Source of the DNA: Hydrolagus affinis
Lineage: Eukaryota
Direction of reading: 5' to 3'
DNA: 64,000 nucleotides
Assembly: GCA_012026655.1 (NCBI GenBank)
Contig: JAAILG010000028.1
Coordinates: 124,001 to 188,000 of the forward strand
Numbering within the stretch: the stretch's first letter is position 1; every line of letters starts with the position of its first letter. The translations under genes and the position numbers were made by a program. The notes below the pieces were generated by a model. The model searched no databases, had not been told where the DNA came from, and saw only the letters and a list, made by a program, of their open reading frames with translations. Shown here one piece after another: positions 49,637-62,116 of the stretch.

Positions 49637-50088
49637 ATGCCGTTCACCCCCATCCACGCCCGACTCCACTGGCTTCCCATCACCCAGAGTATTCAATTCA
49701 AGATCCTGGTCTTTACCTTCAAAGCCATCCACGGCCTTGCCCCCACCTACCTCTGCGGCCTCATAACCCGTAACCCCCCCTCTCCCAACCTTTCCATTTC
49801 CTTCACTCAGCGGGCTCCAGCCTGCTCCATGTCCACCAACCCCCCACCCGCCCCACCATCGACGGGCGAGCATTCAGCCGCTCTTCCCCTAACCTTTTGA
49901 ATTCCATCCCACAATCACTCCACCTCGCCCCCTCCCTAGCCTCCTTCAAGTCCTGCCTCAAGACCTTCCTCTTCGACTGTGCTATCGGTGACCACTCCTC
50001 CCCCCCCTTCTCTCCACCCTCCCCAGACCTCAGCCCGGGTCGACGTGAAAAGTCGTAAATAAATGTAATTTTGTGGTTATTGTTGTTG
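49637..50088 (+). mobile_element. L2 LINE 3' fragment
   Basis: ORF 49637-49900: TPIHARLHWLPITQSIQFKILVFTFKAIHGLAPTYLCGLI; downstream 'ctcaagaccttcctcttcgac' and (ttg)n tail. Confidence 0.92.
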
Positions 50089-51316
50089 ACAATTAAATGA
50101 AAATTACAGGCAGAGAGAAAGCCTGTCAGACATTCACATCAGTTTTTCATCAATGTTTTTTTTATGTATGCATGCAAAGCATTCACGCACAGCCGCTCCT
50201 TTGAAAGTCTTGTATCTGGTGTGTTTTTTTTAAAAAAACATCTGTGACTTGGCTCAGGACCAACTCTTTCAAATCACAGTCCCAAGAAACTTTGTACAGT
50301 ACCCTGAAAATGTTTTGAAAGGTTCTGGCAGGGGAGCGATAAATAAGGGTGGGGTATAATTATACCTTTAACCGTTAATACTCAAACTCCCAGGAACCTT
50401 TGAGTATTCTATCATATATTAACCCAAAGTGTCTATCTGCTCAAATGCTTCATCGCCTTTGAGAGAGTTTCCTAAGAGGCTGTGCGTGCTTCTGTGGAGT
50501 TCCTTCTAGTAACTCTAGGGTATCGATGGGCTTGCTGCTTTCCATCAGTAACATATAATGGGATTTTCCTATTAGTGTGTGAGTGTATGCAGCCAAAACT
50601 GGTCCGCTTAGCAAGCGGAACATCTTGTATCGCATGTCCACAGGCATGGGCAGAGCCAAGCCGATCCAGACTTCATATCCCTTCCGTGGTAAATTTGATG
50701 AGGTTTTGCTAGGTTAACTGAAAGGCTAATAGGCAGTTAAGCAAAGTCCAAACCTCAGTTTCTCAATCATCGTCATCAAGAACAGCGATGCCAGGACTTC
50801 TTTTGCCAGGTTTGGTTTCAAACATATCCCATTTACAATTAACTCCATTGCTCACATTTTCTAGAAGGGGGATACTGAACAGTGCGGAGCTCTGTCTATT
50901 TCTTTTTACTGTCTCCCACCTCTTCCCGCCCTCTTCCCGCCCCTCCAACTCAGGGACATTTAGTACCATTGTAACCTCCGCACAGGTGTGGCAGCTGAGA
51001 TTCTGTGTAGCTACTTCAGCATGCATTTACGACAAGACTTGGGGGCTTCCTGATCAGCAGAGCTCTGCACCTTGTCTATCGATGAATTTGGCTCTTGCGT
51101 CATTGGGAGCTGTATCTTCTGGCAGATGACTGATAGTGAAGCATCACCTGCCAATAGTACACAGTGAGAGAAAGTCTATCCAACTGGATTCAGTTGCAGA
51201 TACACAAGGATTTATTACACAATCCGGAGTATATATTACTAATAAGTAGGTGATTTTTCACAATTGGTTCTATTTGTAGCAGGAATCACATCTGCCATTA
51301 AAATGATAATCATGAA

Positions 51317-51600
51317 TACAACAACATTACATTTGTATAGTGCCTTTCACGCCTCCCAAGGCGCTGGACAGTCAGTATTTTGGACCCGAGCTGGGGTTTG
51401 GGATTGGGAAGCGGGGAGGGTAGGTGGGGAAGGAGGGTAATTGAAGGCACGATCGAAGAGGAGGTTCCTTGAGATGGGTCTTAAAGGAGGCAAGGGAGAG
51501 GTTGAGGCAGAGGGGTTGTGAGATCGAGTTCCAGAGTGTGGGGGCAGAGTGGCCAAGGACTTGCTTTCCAATGGTGGGGCGGGCGAGGCGGGGACGTGGA
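51317..51600 (-). mobile_element. L2 LINE 3' fragment
   Basis: 'acaacaacattacatttgtatagtgcctttcacgcctcccaaggcgctggacagtc...aaggcacgatcgaagagg...gagttccagag'. Confidence 0.85.
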
Positions 51601-53489
51601 ATTTGAAATCAAAAAGCGGATGTTGGAGAGTTTTTGTGGGTAAGCATGACTACTAATATTGGGGACACCAAGTTCAAGCCAAATAAACTATTATTGTTAA
51701 ATCTGGATTGTTGTAACAAGCTAATCGGTGAAATTCAAGGCAAATTAAGTTGATGGCAACACTTGAACAGTTAAATAAAGTGAATCTAGCAGCCCAGTGC
51801 CTATTCAAATCCTCTCAAATCATTGTGCATCTTGGATTTGAGTGCGATTCGAGTAACTAAGACAGGTTATCAATCGATGATGCCAAATTGTAACCAACAC
51901 ACAGATGTCAGGATCGCTGCCAGGACGAGTCCCCCAAAAAATAACAGCTGTGCTAAGAACATGTTGGCACAGGTGTAGTTCTTTCATTGGAAAAAAATTC
52001 CAATGTTGTTTTCTGCCGCTTGCAGGTTTCAACATTTAACAGCGGAGACATAGCAACGGGATGCGTTTGTAAAGCTTCTTTGTAGCTGGTTATGAGGACG
52101 AACGAAATAACTTGGGAGCTATAAATTGATGAGCAGACACACACACACACACACCATCCGAATGTAAGCAAAGGTGCTTTCAGAATGCACACACGTTCCT
52201 CAATGGACATTTGAGCAAGTTAAAGTCTGTGTCCTTTTGCACCCTTGACACAGATTATTATCGTCTTCTACTGATATCAAACTGCATTGAAAGCAAGCCA
52301 CCAACCGAAAGGCGGTTGTTTTGTACTGACTGAAATATTGCTCTTTGGACTGGAGCAGAGATGATTCACTCTCAAGTTCAACTCCAAACAGATACACTCC
52401 TATAAATCTCTGTTTGTGAATGTTTTTCATACACAGCATCAAAAGCACTACATTTTTATACCAAACCCAGAATAGCGCTATTCTCTCAATGTAGTGCTTT
52501 GTTGCATCAAATGCAAATACCGTATCATTTTATTATTACCTGTAATAATTATTATCAATAATGATAAAAAATAAGAAATAATAATCCTCACATTGGTATT
52601 GTATTTTTTTTACATCAAAATGTCTCAAAGGACTTCACAGGATTCGTTCAAAACTGTAAAGTGTAGTGACTGTGTATTTGTAGTCTGAATTAGTCCAGCT
52701 TCTGTTAAAGCCGTGACTTGAATTTCACATCTTGGGATATATTTTGTTACAACTTACTACTGCTTCCTGCTCACTTCATCAAATGAAAAGCACCAAGGAT
52801 GTAGACAGGGAGAGGGCAGAGGTAAGAGGATAACATTGAACAACAAATCGAAGGTTAACAATATTCAGAAGGGGGGTCGAAGGTTAAAGTTCAGCTGTTT
52901 CTGGTTTAATAAAAGGGAAGGTCAACCTACTTAAAACAAAATGGCAAAACCTTATGATGGCAGTGTTTGGGAGCAAAGTTCTGATAGATGGACAGCGAGG
53001 AATCTCCAGCTGAGCCTTATCATCTGCTGTGGTTTCATTGTTTGGATTCATAAATCAAATTCACAATCCATAAAAACACTTCCCTCACTGCGGAGAGTCA
53101 AACGGCTGACTGGAACGGTTATCACCTTTACACATGGCAAACAGTAAGAGTAACTTTCAACCAAGCTGTAAAACATCCAGTTCATTATCAGTCTATCGAG
53201 TTGGGGCCAGCTGGGTGGGCTGCAGACTCTGACATCAGTTGTATGACCTGTAACAGACTATCATACCAGTCAGTGCTATTTGGGCTGTTTCCCATAAATT
53301 GCTGTTATCACTCACCAAGAATGGCACGGGATCGTTCCAACTTGCTTTTCATTCCTCTTTCAAATGTTTGGGTCATGAGTTTGAAGTTTGTGGGGGTTTT
53401 TTCACAGACGGCCACGGTAATGATCTAATGCAAGTATAAAATCATAACATAAATATTCATGTCTCAACTGTCAGGAATGCAATAACATG

Positions 53490-54045
53490 GTGTCAGTTGG
53501 TAGAACTCTCACCTCTTTAGTTGTAGGTTTAAGCTCCACATTGGGATTTTGATCCCGTGCAATCTAGTCTGATACACCAAGACAATGATGGGGTTGCAAC
53601 TGAATTGTTAACAGGTACTTTGTGCTGCCTTTCTGATGAGCCAAAAAGAACCAAATTCCAGCGCCTTTGGGAAGTCCTCCTGATGTGAAAGATGCTATAC
53701 AAGTGTAATTCTGTTGTCTGCCTGCTCAGTTAGACATAATAAATATACAATAATAAGATCTTTGCATTTATGTAGTGCCTCAACATGTCTGCAGGACGTC
53801 TCAAAGCTCTTTATTACAGTTCCTATGGCACTACTCGGAAAGAGAAGGGTGTTTTTCCCAATGTTGTGGCCACAACCCCCCAGAGAAAATTGGTCATTCG
53901 CTTCACAGATGTTTGTGGGAGACTGATGTGTGCAAAATGGTTAACTACAAAACACACAGTCAATACACTTCACAGTAAATCCTTTGAAGCACTTTGAGGC
54001 TTCCTCCCGGCCTAATGGGTGCTATATTAAATGCAAGAATACTTG
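53490..54045 (+). mobile_element. Family C Deu-SINE, near full length, with a nested L2 tail (+, about 53660-53718) and SINE tail (-, about 53748-53810)
   Basis: Head 'tcagttggtagaactctcacctct...ggtttaagctccac', Deu parts 'ctttctgatgag' and 'cctatggcactactcggaaagagaaggg', tail 'gctatattaaatgcaag'. Confidence 0.7.
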
Positions 54046-54234
54046 TGGTATTGCTGTTCTGCACGTTTTTAGTATCTCATGTTGATACACAGCTATGTTT
54101 ATTAGCAGACTAATTGCTCTGAGGCACGACTTTGGGTGGAGGGTGCTATATGAGTGCAAGTTGTTGTTAACTATAAATTAACCTTTATGTATTGTACAAC
54201 ATCAGTTGTGACTGAACCCACGCTATTGACACAC

Positions 54235-54395
54235 TGGCATCATTTTTGTGGGATGCTGCTGTTGCGCAATTGGCTGCCATGTTTTGCCCACAAAATGTAT
54301 GGTCAATTCACTTTACAGTATATTCCGTCAAGGGTTTTGAGACGTCTAGAAGATGTGAAAAGCGTCATATCAAAAGCAAGGATTATTATTATTAT
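54235..54395 (+). mobile_element. Family A SINE 3' part
   Basis: 'gcgcaattggctgcc...gagacgtctagaagatgtgaaaagcgtcatatcaaaagcaaggattattatt'. Confidence 0.8.
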
Positions 54396-54524
54396 CATGA
54401 TTACTTTGTCCGTACAGTAACAATATTAGTACAAGCCATCACCTGCAATCCACTTATTTGAGTGAAACAGATGTACACCTGGAGCACTAATCGTTTGATG
54501 GAATGGTCCAACAGCTTCCCTCGT

Positions 54525-54707
54525 TTGGCAACACTCCGATTCAGGAGGGTATGGGTTCAAGCCCCACATGGGGACTTTGGAACTCGCAGCATAGGCTGAC
54601 ATTGCAAACTAGTGCTGCATCATAGGAGGTGCCCTCCTTCAGCTGAGACGTTAAAGTTAAAAAGAGAAGGGAGTTTCTCCTCGAGTCCTGGCCAAAAATC
54701 CTCCAAA
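54525..54707 (+). mobile_element. Family C Deu-SINE, internally deleted
   Basis: 'gggttcaagccccac...taggctgaca...ggaggtgccctccttcagctgagacgttaaa...gggagtttctcctcgagtcctggccaa'. Confidence 0.7.
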
Positions 54708-54977
54708 TATAATTGATTGAACTGGCCAGAAAGCCATTGTAGCATGCTCGCACCTGAGAACATCCTTCACCCGACACAAACCCTTGGGGATTCCTTTCTG
54801 TGTGTGTAAAAAAAATAACACAGAGAAACAACAAAGATGTCCTCAGGTGAGAGAGCGACTGTCGGAACACCCAACAACAAACAACCTTTGAGGAAGATTT
54901 TGGATCCCTCTGTCTGTGGTAAGGTCAGCCAATCTCAGCTAGGGGAGCCGAGAGCAATTCACTATTGGGATTATTGT

Positions 54978-55259
54978 GGAGTCCTGAAGCTCAGTGGTTA
55001 GAGCACTCGCCTTACAAGCGTGAGACTTGTGTTCGAATCCAGGCAGGTCAGGGCAAAACCGTGGGCAATTTTGGTTACTTCACAACCCTAATAATAATCC
55101 CTGGTCATTTCAATCCACGGCTGTTCGTGGGATCCTGCTGTGAGTAATTGGCTGCTGCATTTTCGGTCACGGATGTACAGTCAATTCACTTTACAGTATA
55201 TTTTGTGAAGCGCTTTGGGAGATGTGGAAATCGCTATATCAAATGCAAGGATTATTATT
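54978..55259 (+). mobile_element. Family A tRNA-derived SINE, full length
   Basis: 'ggagtcctgaagctcagtggttagagcactcgccttacaagcgtgagacttgtgttcgaatccaggcagg' through 'aaatgcaaggattattatt'. Confidence 0.92.
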
Positions 55260-56629
55260 AACATCCTATTCCATCTATGGAAACACGACCCTTATTTTGT
55301 GCGGGACTGACTGAAAAATATAAAGCGAGCGCAGAGATTGCAAATTCTATTTATTTTTCAAGCAGGGTAAATGCACTCTAAATAAACCATCAAACCAGAT
55401 CTTAAAACGTCCGCTGTGCATGGGGAGCTCACTGGTGAAAGTAGCAGCAGCGGGGAAACCACGATGCTTTAGCAATTAGAGCCATTCTGATCAATAAACA
55501 CAGATTTATGAGAAGCACAGATGGCATCACTTACTTTTTATTAAGCTCGCTTAATGCCTTTGAACTCCCAAGAAATGGATTATACAGATTATTGACCTGT
55601 GAGAGGATTTTCAAACCAAGGTCATTGTGCGAGAGGGGGTTATCCGGGCTCCGAAGGAAGGCAAGCATAATCTCAAACCTCAAGATCAATAACATATTTA
55701 TAACGCGCCATTACCAGCGCACAGGAATATGATTCTGAAGTAGTTCCGAAGCTACACTGTCTGTTGGTGGTAATTGTATTCATTTCATTACTGGCCTCGA
55801 AATTGGGCAGTTCCGATTACTGACCACTTGAAACACTTTCGGAAGAAAATTGCCTTAAGGGCGAAAGTATGTACATGCATCCCACTACTGCTAGATGGTT
55901 TTCGAAGGAAGACTATATAGGTTAAAGCCGGGTTCATCCAAAGGTCATTAACTCTTAAACTGCTGACCTCAATAGCAGTTAAGCTAACCATATGAAGTGT
56001 ATTTGTTTAGCCAAATAAGGGTTACATGAAGCAGGCATTTCCTGCACCACACCTACCACAAAACTGGCTTTTGGCTGCATTATCAATCAGGTCAATCGAA
56101 AGTTAACCCCTTGCAGGCCACCTGTTTTTCTACCTCTGTTTGTGCTTATTTGGAATCAACATTTGCTCGCTCGCCAAAAACACACAGCGACGGAATTTTG
56201 CCTGCAAAGCGCTTTGAGATGAGCCCGGTGTGAAAGGCACTGTAACAAAACCGTAAGGATTATAATTATTAGGATCAACTTTTTTTTTGTCTTTCCAACT
56301 CGACTTCCTGTAGTCTGCTAAACGTCAACGATGCAGCAATAAATAAAAATCTATTCAACCGCTGAAGGTGATGCCTGACTTGAGTTGCAATCTAAATGTG
56401 CTAACAGTGGCACCAGGGCGGAGAGTTACATGCTACAGCATTGTCGCACACTGAGAAATCTCTCTGCTACTGTATATTCAGCGATGTTAACCACATTAAT
56501 GCATGTTGTTTGCACATTCTGGCCAGCGTCTTAGCTTAAGTGTTGCAGAGCTATATGTGGACTCTCAGTTAAATGCAAACTGCAATGTAGTTATTTGGAC
56601 CATCTGGGTTAGTCTTTCAAGTCTGAACT

Positions 56630-56765
56630 GGTTCTGATGAAAGATCATTGACTTGAAACTTTAATCCACTTTCCTCTCTCTCCATAGAAGCTACCTGACC
56701 TGCTGTGTGTTCCTAGCGATTTCTGTTTTCATTTCAGATTCCCAGCATCTGCAGTACTTTGCCTT
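56630..56765 (+). mobile_element. Penelope-type terminal-repeat remnant with a degenerate minimal hammerhead core
   Basis: 'ctgatga' at 56634-56640, short stem, 'gaaac' at 56655-56659, then 'tctctctccatagaagctacctgacctgctg...tttcagattcccagcatctgcagtactttgc'. Confidence 0.6.
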
Positions 56766-56774
56766 CAGTTTATC

Positions 56775-56958
56775 ATAATAATACTTGCATTTGATATAGC
56801 GCCTTATCATGTCTTCGAGATTTCTCAAAGCGCTTCATAGGATATACCGTAAATTAGATTGATTGTACATTCTAATGGGCTAAACGTGGCAGTCGATTGT
56901 GCACAGCAGCGTCCAACAAACAGTTGTGGATTGAGTGACTCATTTTTTTGAAGGGATT
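56775..56958 (-). mobile_element. Family B-type SINE 3' part
   Basis: 'ataataatacttgcatttgatatagcgccttatcatgtcttcgaga...gtggattgagtgac'. Confidence 0.8.
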
Positions 56959-57694
56959 CAATTGTATGTATTAAACAGGTGCAATACTGTCACCTTTGAG
57001 TCTCGTCATTACCAGGATGATATCACTCTCGGTTCCGAGGTCACCAGCTCTTTGGCTTCGTCTCCCTTCAGTTGTCAGCCGACGGGAATTATACATATTG
57101 GACGGACATGTTAAACAGAGGCACAAAGTGGGCAGCGTGTCAGACAAGCCCATCAAACAGATCAACCCGAGATAAGGGGACCTGACGCAGTGAATGGAGG
57201 AGAAATGCCAGCCAGGCTCGCTGTGAGGCGACCACCCGTCAAGAGTAACAGAAGGTCCAGAGAGCAGGAGGTCCTATACCTTGTAATTATCAGTGCGTTT
57301 GGAGTGCTGATTTTACGCTTGGCAATGACAGCCTACCGCATGTCCACAGACTGACATTGTTTCCTAAAAGATGGCCTCCCACTATGTACAGGTGGCAACA
57401 TGCGGATAATTGACTGGGATCAGGATACTTCAACAACAACAACAAAAAAAGAGCCTTTCAATTTTTTTTATTTTATTTGGCGAAACCCACACGCTGACCC
57501 TGCTGTTTTCTGCTGGAGCGAATGCGCAGGAAGCAGATGTGAAGCCCTTCATTCCCGACCAAATTACCAGACCAATTAAACCTTCCCTTCGCATAGCACG
57601 AGAATACCTACTTATGTTTTAGAGGGTCCCTGGTGCCAATTAAAATACATGTGATCACCTTGGACTTTTAGAGCAAGCTAAAGCCCAATCATAG

Positions 57695-58000
57695 CAATAA
57701 TAAAAACGTAATATAATCATAATCCTTGCTTTGATTTACCGCCTTGATCACGACTTCAAGACGTCTAAAAAAGCTTCCCCCGAATATACTGTAGAGTGAA
57801 TTGGCTGAGTAGTAATAATAATGATGATAATAATACTTGCATGCGGCCTTTCACAACAGCAACAAAATTACACTTGCCCTGCGCCTTTCACGTCAGAAGT
57901 ATGTCCACAAAGTAATTCACACGGTACTGTATACTGTAAAGTGAAGTGACTGTGTGTTTTCGTGAATGAACACAGCAGTCAATTGCACACAGCAATGTCC
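57695..58000 (-). mobile_element. Cluster of SINE tails with a nested L2 tail (about 57853-57900)
   Basis: Two (aat)n-ended tails and 'caacagcaacaaaattacacttgccctgcgcctttcacgtc'. Confidence 0.65.
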
Positions 58001-58559
58001 TTTACTGGTAAATGGATCTTAAGGCATTGAACAGATGATGCTTTCAGATCACCTGGACATCACTGCCCATTTGCACTTGTCCAGTACGTGGTACCTCTCA
58101 GTGTTCTGGATACACTTTGCAAACACAATGGGAGTCATTGAATGGGGATGAACGAAGGGGGCATTTGAGGGGTGTTGACTGAAAGGTGCAGGTAAGGAAG
58201 ACAAATAACTGGCTTTGTTCGGATTGTTTTCATCATTCCTCTGTTAGAACAAATCAAACAGTTTCCGATCACTAAGCAAATATCAACCGGAGGAGTTTAA
58301 TCCCGTCATTCGAATACCTCTTATACAGCAGAGTGCTTCATTATATGTGACGCACAGGAAATAATCATGGAAAGGAATTATTTAATGTTTCTCTGAAACA
58401 CTGGACGTTTGCCTTTTTTAAAAAAATAAAAGTGGTAGTTTATTGTTTTGCCTCCTGTTGTGCGATTTATTTTAGGATCCTAACGCCCCCTCCATTGTCT
58501 CGTTTTCAGTCTTAAAAAAGTCTGCCAACATACTCCCATGTCTGCAATCCAGATAGCAT

Positions 58560-59095
58560 AACGTTTCGCCCACAAAAGATACAATCAATTCACTTTACAC
58601 TGTGATCTGTGAAACGCTTTGAGGTATCTCAAAGATGTGATAACGACAACAAAATTACACTTGTACAGCGCCTTTCACGTGAAGAGGATGTCCCGAGGTG
58701 CCGGACAGTCATTGTTTCAGATCTGAGTTGGGGTCAGGGATGGGGAGGGTGGAGGGAAGGGGGGGGAATTAGGGGTGACCGATGGGACCGTCGAAGAGGA
58801 GTGTCTTGAGGTGAGACTTGAAGGAGGTCAGGGAGGGGGGCGAGGCAGAGGGCACGGGATGGAGTTCCAGAGGTTGGGGGCAGAATGGCTGAAGGCTCGC
58901 TTGCCAATGGTGGGGCGGGTGGGGCGGGTGGGGCGGGGGACGTGGAGCAGTTCGGAGTCTGCTGAGCGGAGTGGGTGGCCAGGTTGGTAGGGGGTTAGGA
59001 AGTCACAGGGGTAGGGTGGGGTGAGGCCATGGAGGTCTTTGAAGGTGAGGACCAAATAAGGCGCTATATCAAATGCAAGGAATAATATTATTATT
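58560..59095 (+). mobile_element. SINE 3' tail split by an antisense L2
   Basis: 'gaaacgctttgaggtatctcaaagatgtgataa' | L2 | 'ataaggcgctatatcaaatgcaaggaataatattatt'. Confidence 0.8.
58644..59055 (-). mobile_element. L2 LINE 3' fragment
   Basis: ORF 58828-59055(-): VLTFKDLHGLTPPYPCDFLTPYQPGHPLRSADSELLHVPR..TIGKRAFSHSAPNLWNSIP. Confidence 0.92.
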
Positions 59096-59349
59096 GCTTT
59101 TCTTATCGATAATGTGCATCATGCTTCAGACAATAATTCTGAAAATCAGCGTAAATGCTGATTGAAAGGAGCAGAGATTTGAAAAAGACAAGGTTATCAT
59201 TCTTACATTTGGTATAACTGCTTTCAGACCGGGAGGACATCTCAATGCGCTTCACAGGACCTGCCGTTAAAGTGTAGTGACTATGTTTCGCGGGTGAAAC
59301 ACCATGGTTGACACGGATGTAGAAGTAAAAATTGTTTACGTCTGGCAAA

Positions 59350-60000
59350 CGTAGTAACTGTCGGAGTGGGCGAGAGCTCTCCAGACAATGTCATTTACTT
59401 GAATTTTCACAACACCTTTTACAAGGTTCCACAGGCCAGGCTTTGAAGGTAGCTTCAAACGCGTGCAAATAATGACAAGTTAGTGAGTTGGATCGAAAGC
59501 CGATGTACCAATAGGAAACGGAAGGTGATGATGAATGGGATAATGCTGTGTCCGGGCGGCAGTGACTAGCTGGGTTCCGCACGGATCGTCTCTGGGTCTC
59601 CAGCTGTTCACGCTGCAGTATTTAAAAATGACCTGAAGGGAAAGTCTGAACTTTAAACATTTGCTAATGACATCAAGCTATACGGGCAGGTGACACATTT
59701 GAGGATGATAAATTGCAATGATGACAATCTGGGCCTGTTAAGTAGACAGGCTGAAGAAGTGGGAGATGGATTTTAACGTAGCTGAGAGGCACCACAGACA
59801 TGTGCACACAGTAAAGTGGAGGGCATTAGCAGAGAGGCTCGAGTATTGATCAGAAACAGAAGGCTTCTAGTCAATGTGAGGCGGTTGTCAACAGAGCTGG
59901 TCCTCCCACCACGTTCTGACAGTACCAATTTGTTTGTTGAACAAACATTTGGAGAAAGAATGGATTTGTTTTGGATCTTATGCAGAGCTCTTACAGACAA
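59350..60000 (+). mobile_element. Decayed CR1 reverse-transcriptase segment
   Basis: Motifs in CR1 order across frameshifts: NVIYLNFHNTFYKVPQARL (about 59387; cf. DVIYLDFQKAFDKVPH), RKRKVMMNG, VTSWVPHGSSLGLQLFT (59562; cf. VTSGVPQGSVLGPxLF), FANDIKL (59660-59680; cf. FADDTKL), WEMDFNV (59760-59780). Confidence 0.9.
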
Positions 60001-60982
60001 AGGCTATTCTCAAACGTAGTTCTTTGTGATTTGGCCTGTTCTGAGTGGAAGGAGGGTTGGAGTTGGAGATGTGAGATAGAGGGGAAGCCAAATGTGGAGG
60101 AACGGACCGTTTTTCAAATACACACAGATGTGTATCTACCCCTTGCCATAGCGACCTTTCAGCAGCTTCATAGGTGTAGTAAGAGTGTCACTCAGCATTT
60201 ATTTCTTCCCTCTTTTGTGCTAAGATCTCTTCGGGTGAAATAGTCCGCCTGGCCATTAGCTTTCAGCACGGTGGGACAGACGCCTGACGTGAAAGGTTCT
60301 ATACAACTGCAATTTGTTGATGTTATTGGTACTATACGGCAATCTATTGTAGATCATAAATAACATTACACACTTTGATATAATACCTTATCCTAACGTC
60401 AACGTCTCAAATTTCTTCACAGTATTTTATTGTAAAGTTACAGTGTCAGTATCTTGGTTTAGCTTTATAAGTATGGTTTGAATTTCATAAATGGGGGGCT
60501 TATGTTTGTGTTATGGGGGATAAAAAAATGAGTTTCTATTTCAGCTAATTTAATCATGCAAATTGGGTCCAATTTGTATGTTATTCATGTGTTCTATTTA
60601 GGACAGCAAATTAACAAAGATACTCTACTAGTTTTCTGTGATGTGGTATATGGTTATTGCAGTTTAATAAATTTATAGATGTGAATTCATTAACATAATG
60701 CAGTATATTAAGTAATGAAATCAGTGCAGCCTTTTCACAAGCCAGACGTTATGGTCTCTGTAGTGTTAATTGAAATGTAATATTTTAAACTGGCGATACT
60801 CTCTCCTCCTCCAGTCACACTGCCAAGGGAAATAAAATGGTCAATTTTCATTTCATGTTTCACGAGTCAATAAGCTCGCAGTTACTGGAGTGAATATAAA
60901 TACCATCAACAACGCACGTGAGGTGTATTTGTTCTGTTTTGTGGTACAACTGCATCCATTGAAGCTTCATAGAATAATGATG

Positions 60983-61210
60983 CAACAACAAGTTACACTT
61001 CTACAGAACCTTTCACTCCAGCAGGACGTCCCAAGGCGCTGGACAGTCAGGGATCCGCACCTGATCCGGTGGTTGAGATCAGGAGTAATGAAGGGCGGAG
61101 GGTGGGGGGGTGGGGGGGGGGCGTGGGGTAGGGGAACGAGGAATGACCAAAGGCACGGTCGAATCAGAGGGTCTTGAGATGGATCTTGAAGGAGGCAAGG
61201 AAGGAGGCAA
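60983..61210 (-). mobile_element. L2 LINE 3' end
   Basis: 'caacaacaagttacacttctacagaacctttcactccagcaggacgtcccaaggcgctggacagtc...aaggcacggtcgaatcagagggtcttgag'. Confidence 0.85.
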
Positions 61211-61375
61211 CAGTAATGACAGCTTTGTAAATTACTCTGGAAAAAGGGGAAATTGCACAAATTAAAATGCTGCAGCAAGAAATGAGGGCACATTTAAATG
61301 ATACTAAAATGGATCAAAGTTAAAGCATGAAGCTTGTAAAAATTTTTACCTCTTTGCACTGGATCTACTGATGTA

Positions 61376-61428
61376 GAGTGAGTGAGTGCGTGCGTGCGTG
61401 CGTGAGTCAGTCAGTCGGTCAGTCAGTG
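61376..61428. repeat. Compound tetranucleotide repeat (gagt)n(gcgt)n(cagt)n
   Basis: Visible directly. Confidence 0.85.
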
Positions 61429-61827
61429 CCTTCAGGGAAGAGGGGAGAAGATTGAAAGTGGGGGTGGAGGAGTGGGGGGATGGGGGGAGGTGCTAAAGCA
61501 AAATAAAGTTCCCTCCTTGCCTCGCTTTATCCTTGATCATGATTTGTGGTTGCCTTCACAGATTTTGTCAATGTTGCCAGCAGGGATACATGTTTCAGTG
61601 GTGATGAAACCCTTTCCACCAGCCCCCTTCTCAGCTAGATTTCCCAGATGGCTGGAACCAACAAGGAAAAAATGAGCTGACCCCAAGGCGGTACTGAAAT
61701 CTGATTCAAATCCGTCCCGGTCTTGGAAAATCCTATCCTTAAATTATTTTCAATTTGTCTTCCAAAACTATATGCAGCAATATAGATAAGGCTGTTATTG
61801 TCTCATTTGTTTTGTCCCTTAATAAAA

Positions 61828-62116
61828 ATAAATAATAATCCTTGCATTATTATCGTGCTTTTCACGTCTTCCAGTCGTCTCAATGCGCTTCACAGAATAT
61901 ATTATAAAGTGAATTGACTGTATATTTGTGAGCAAAATACCCCAACCAATTGTCCCACAAACAGTCGTGGATTGAAGTGACCAATTTTTTTTTTTTAGGT
62001 ATTATTATCAGGCGTGTGGAGTAAGGAAACTTGCCCAAGGTTTCGCCCTGCCTGGAATCGAACTTAGATCTTTCGCTTGCGAGGCAAGTGTTCTAATCAC
62101 CGAACAACAGGACTCC
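61828..62116 (-). mobile_element. Family A tRNA-derived SINE, full length
   Basis: (aat)n tail through to the head end 'caacaggactcc'. Confidence 0.9.

Noticed and set aside
53630-53660. 'ctgatgag' as a hammerhead core
   Set aside because: It is a mutated Deu-domain motif (ctttcggatgag) with no stem II or GAAA.
57000-57300. GC-richer unique stretch after 'cccttcag' as an exon
   Set aside because: The two frames I translated stop within about 40 codons with no recognisable protein and no clear donor site.
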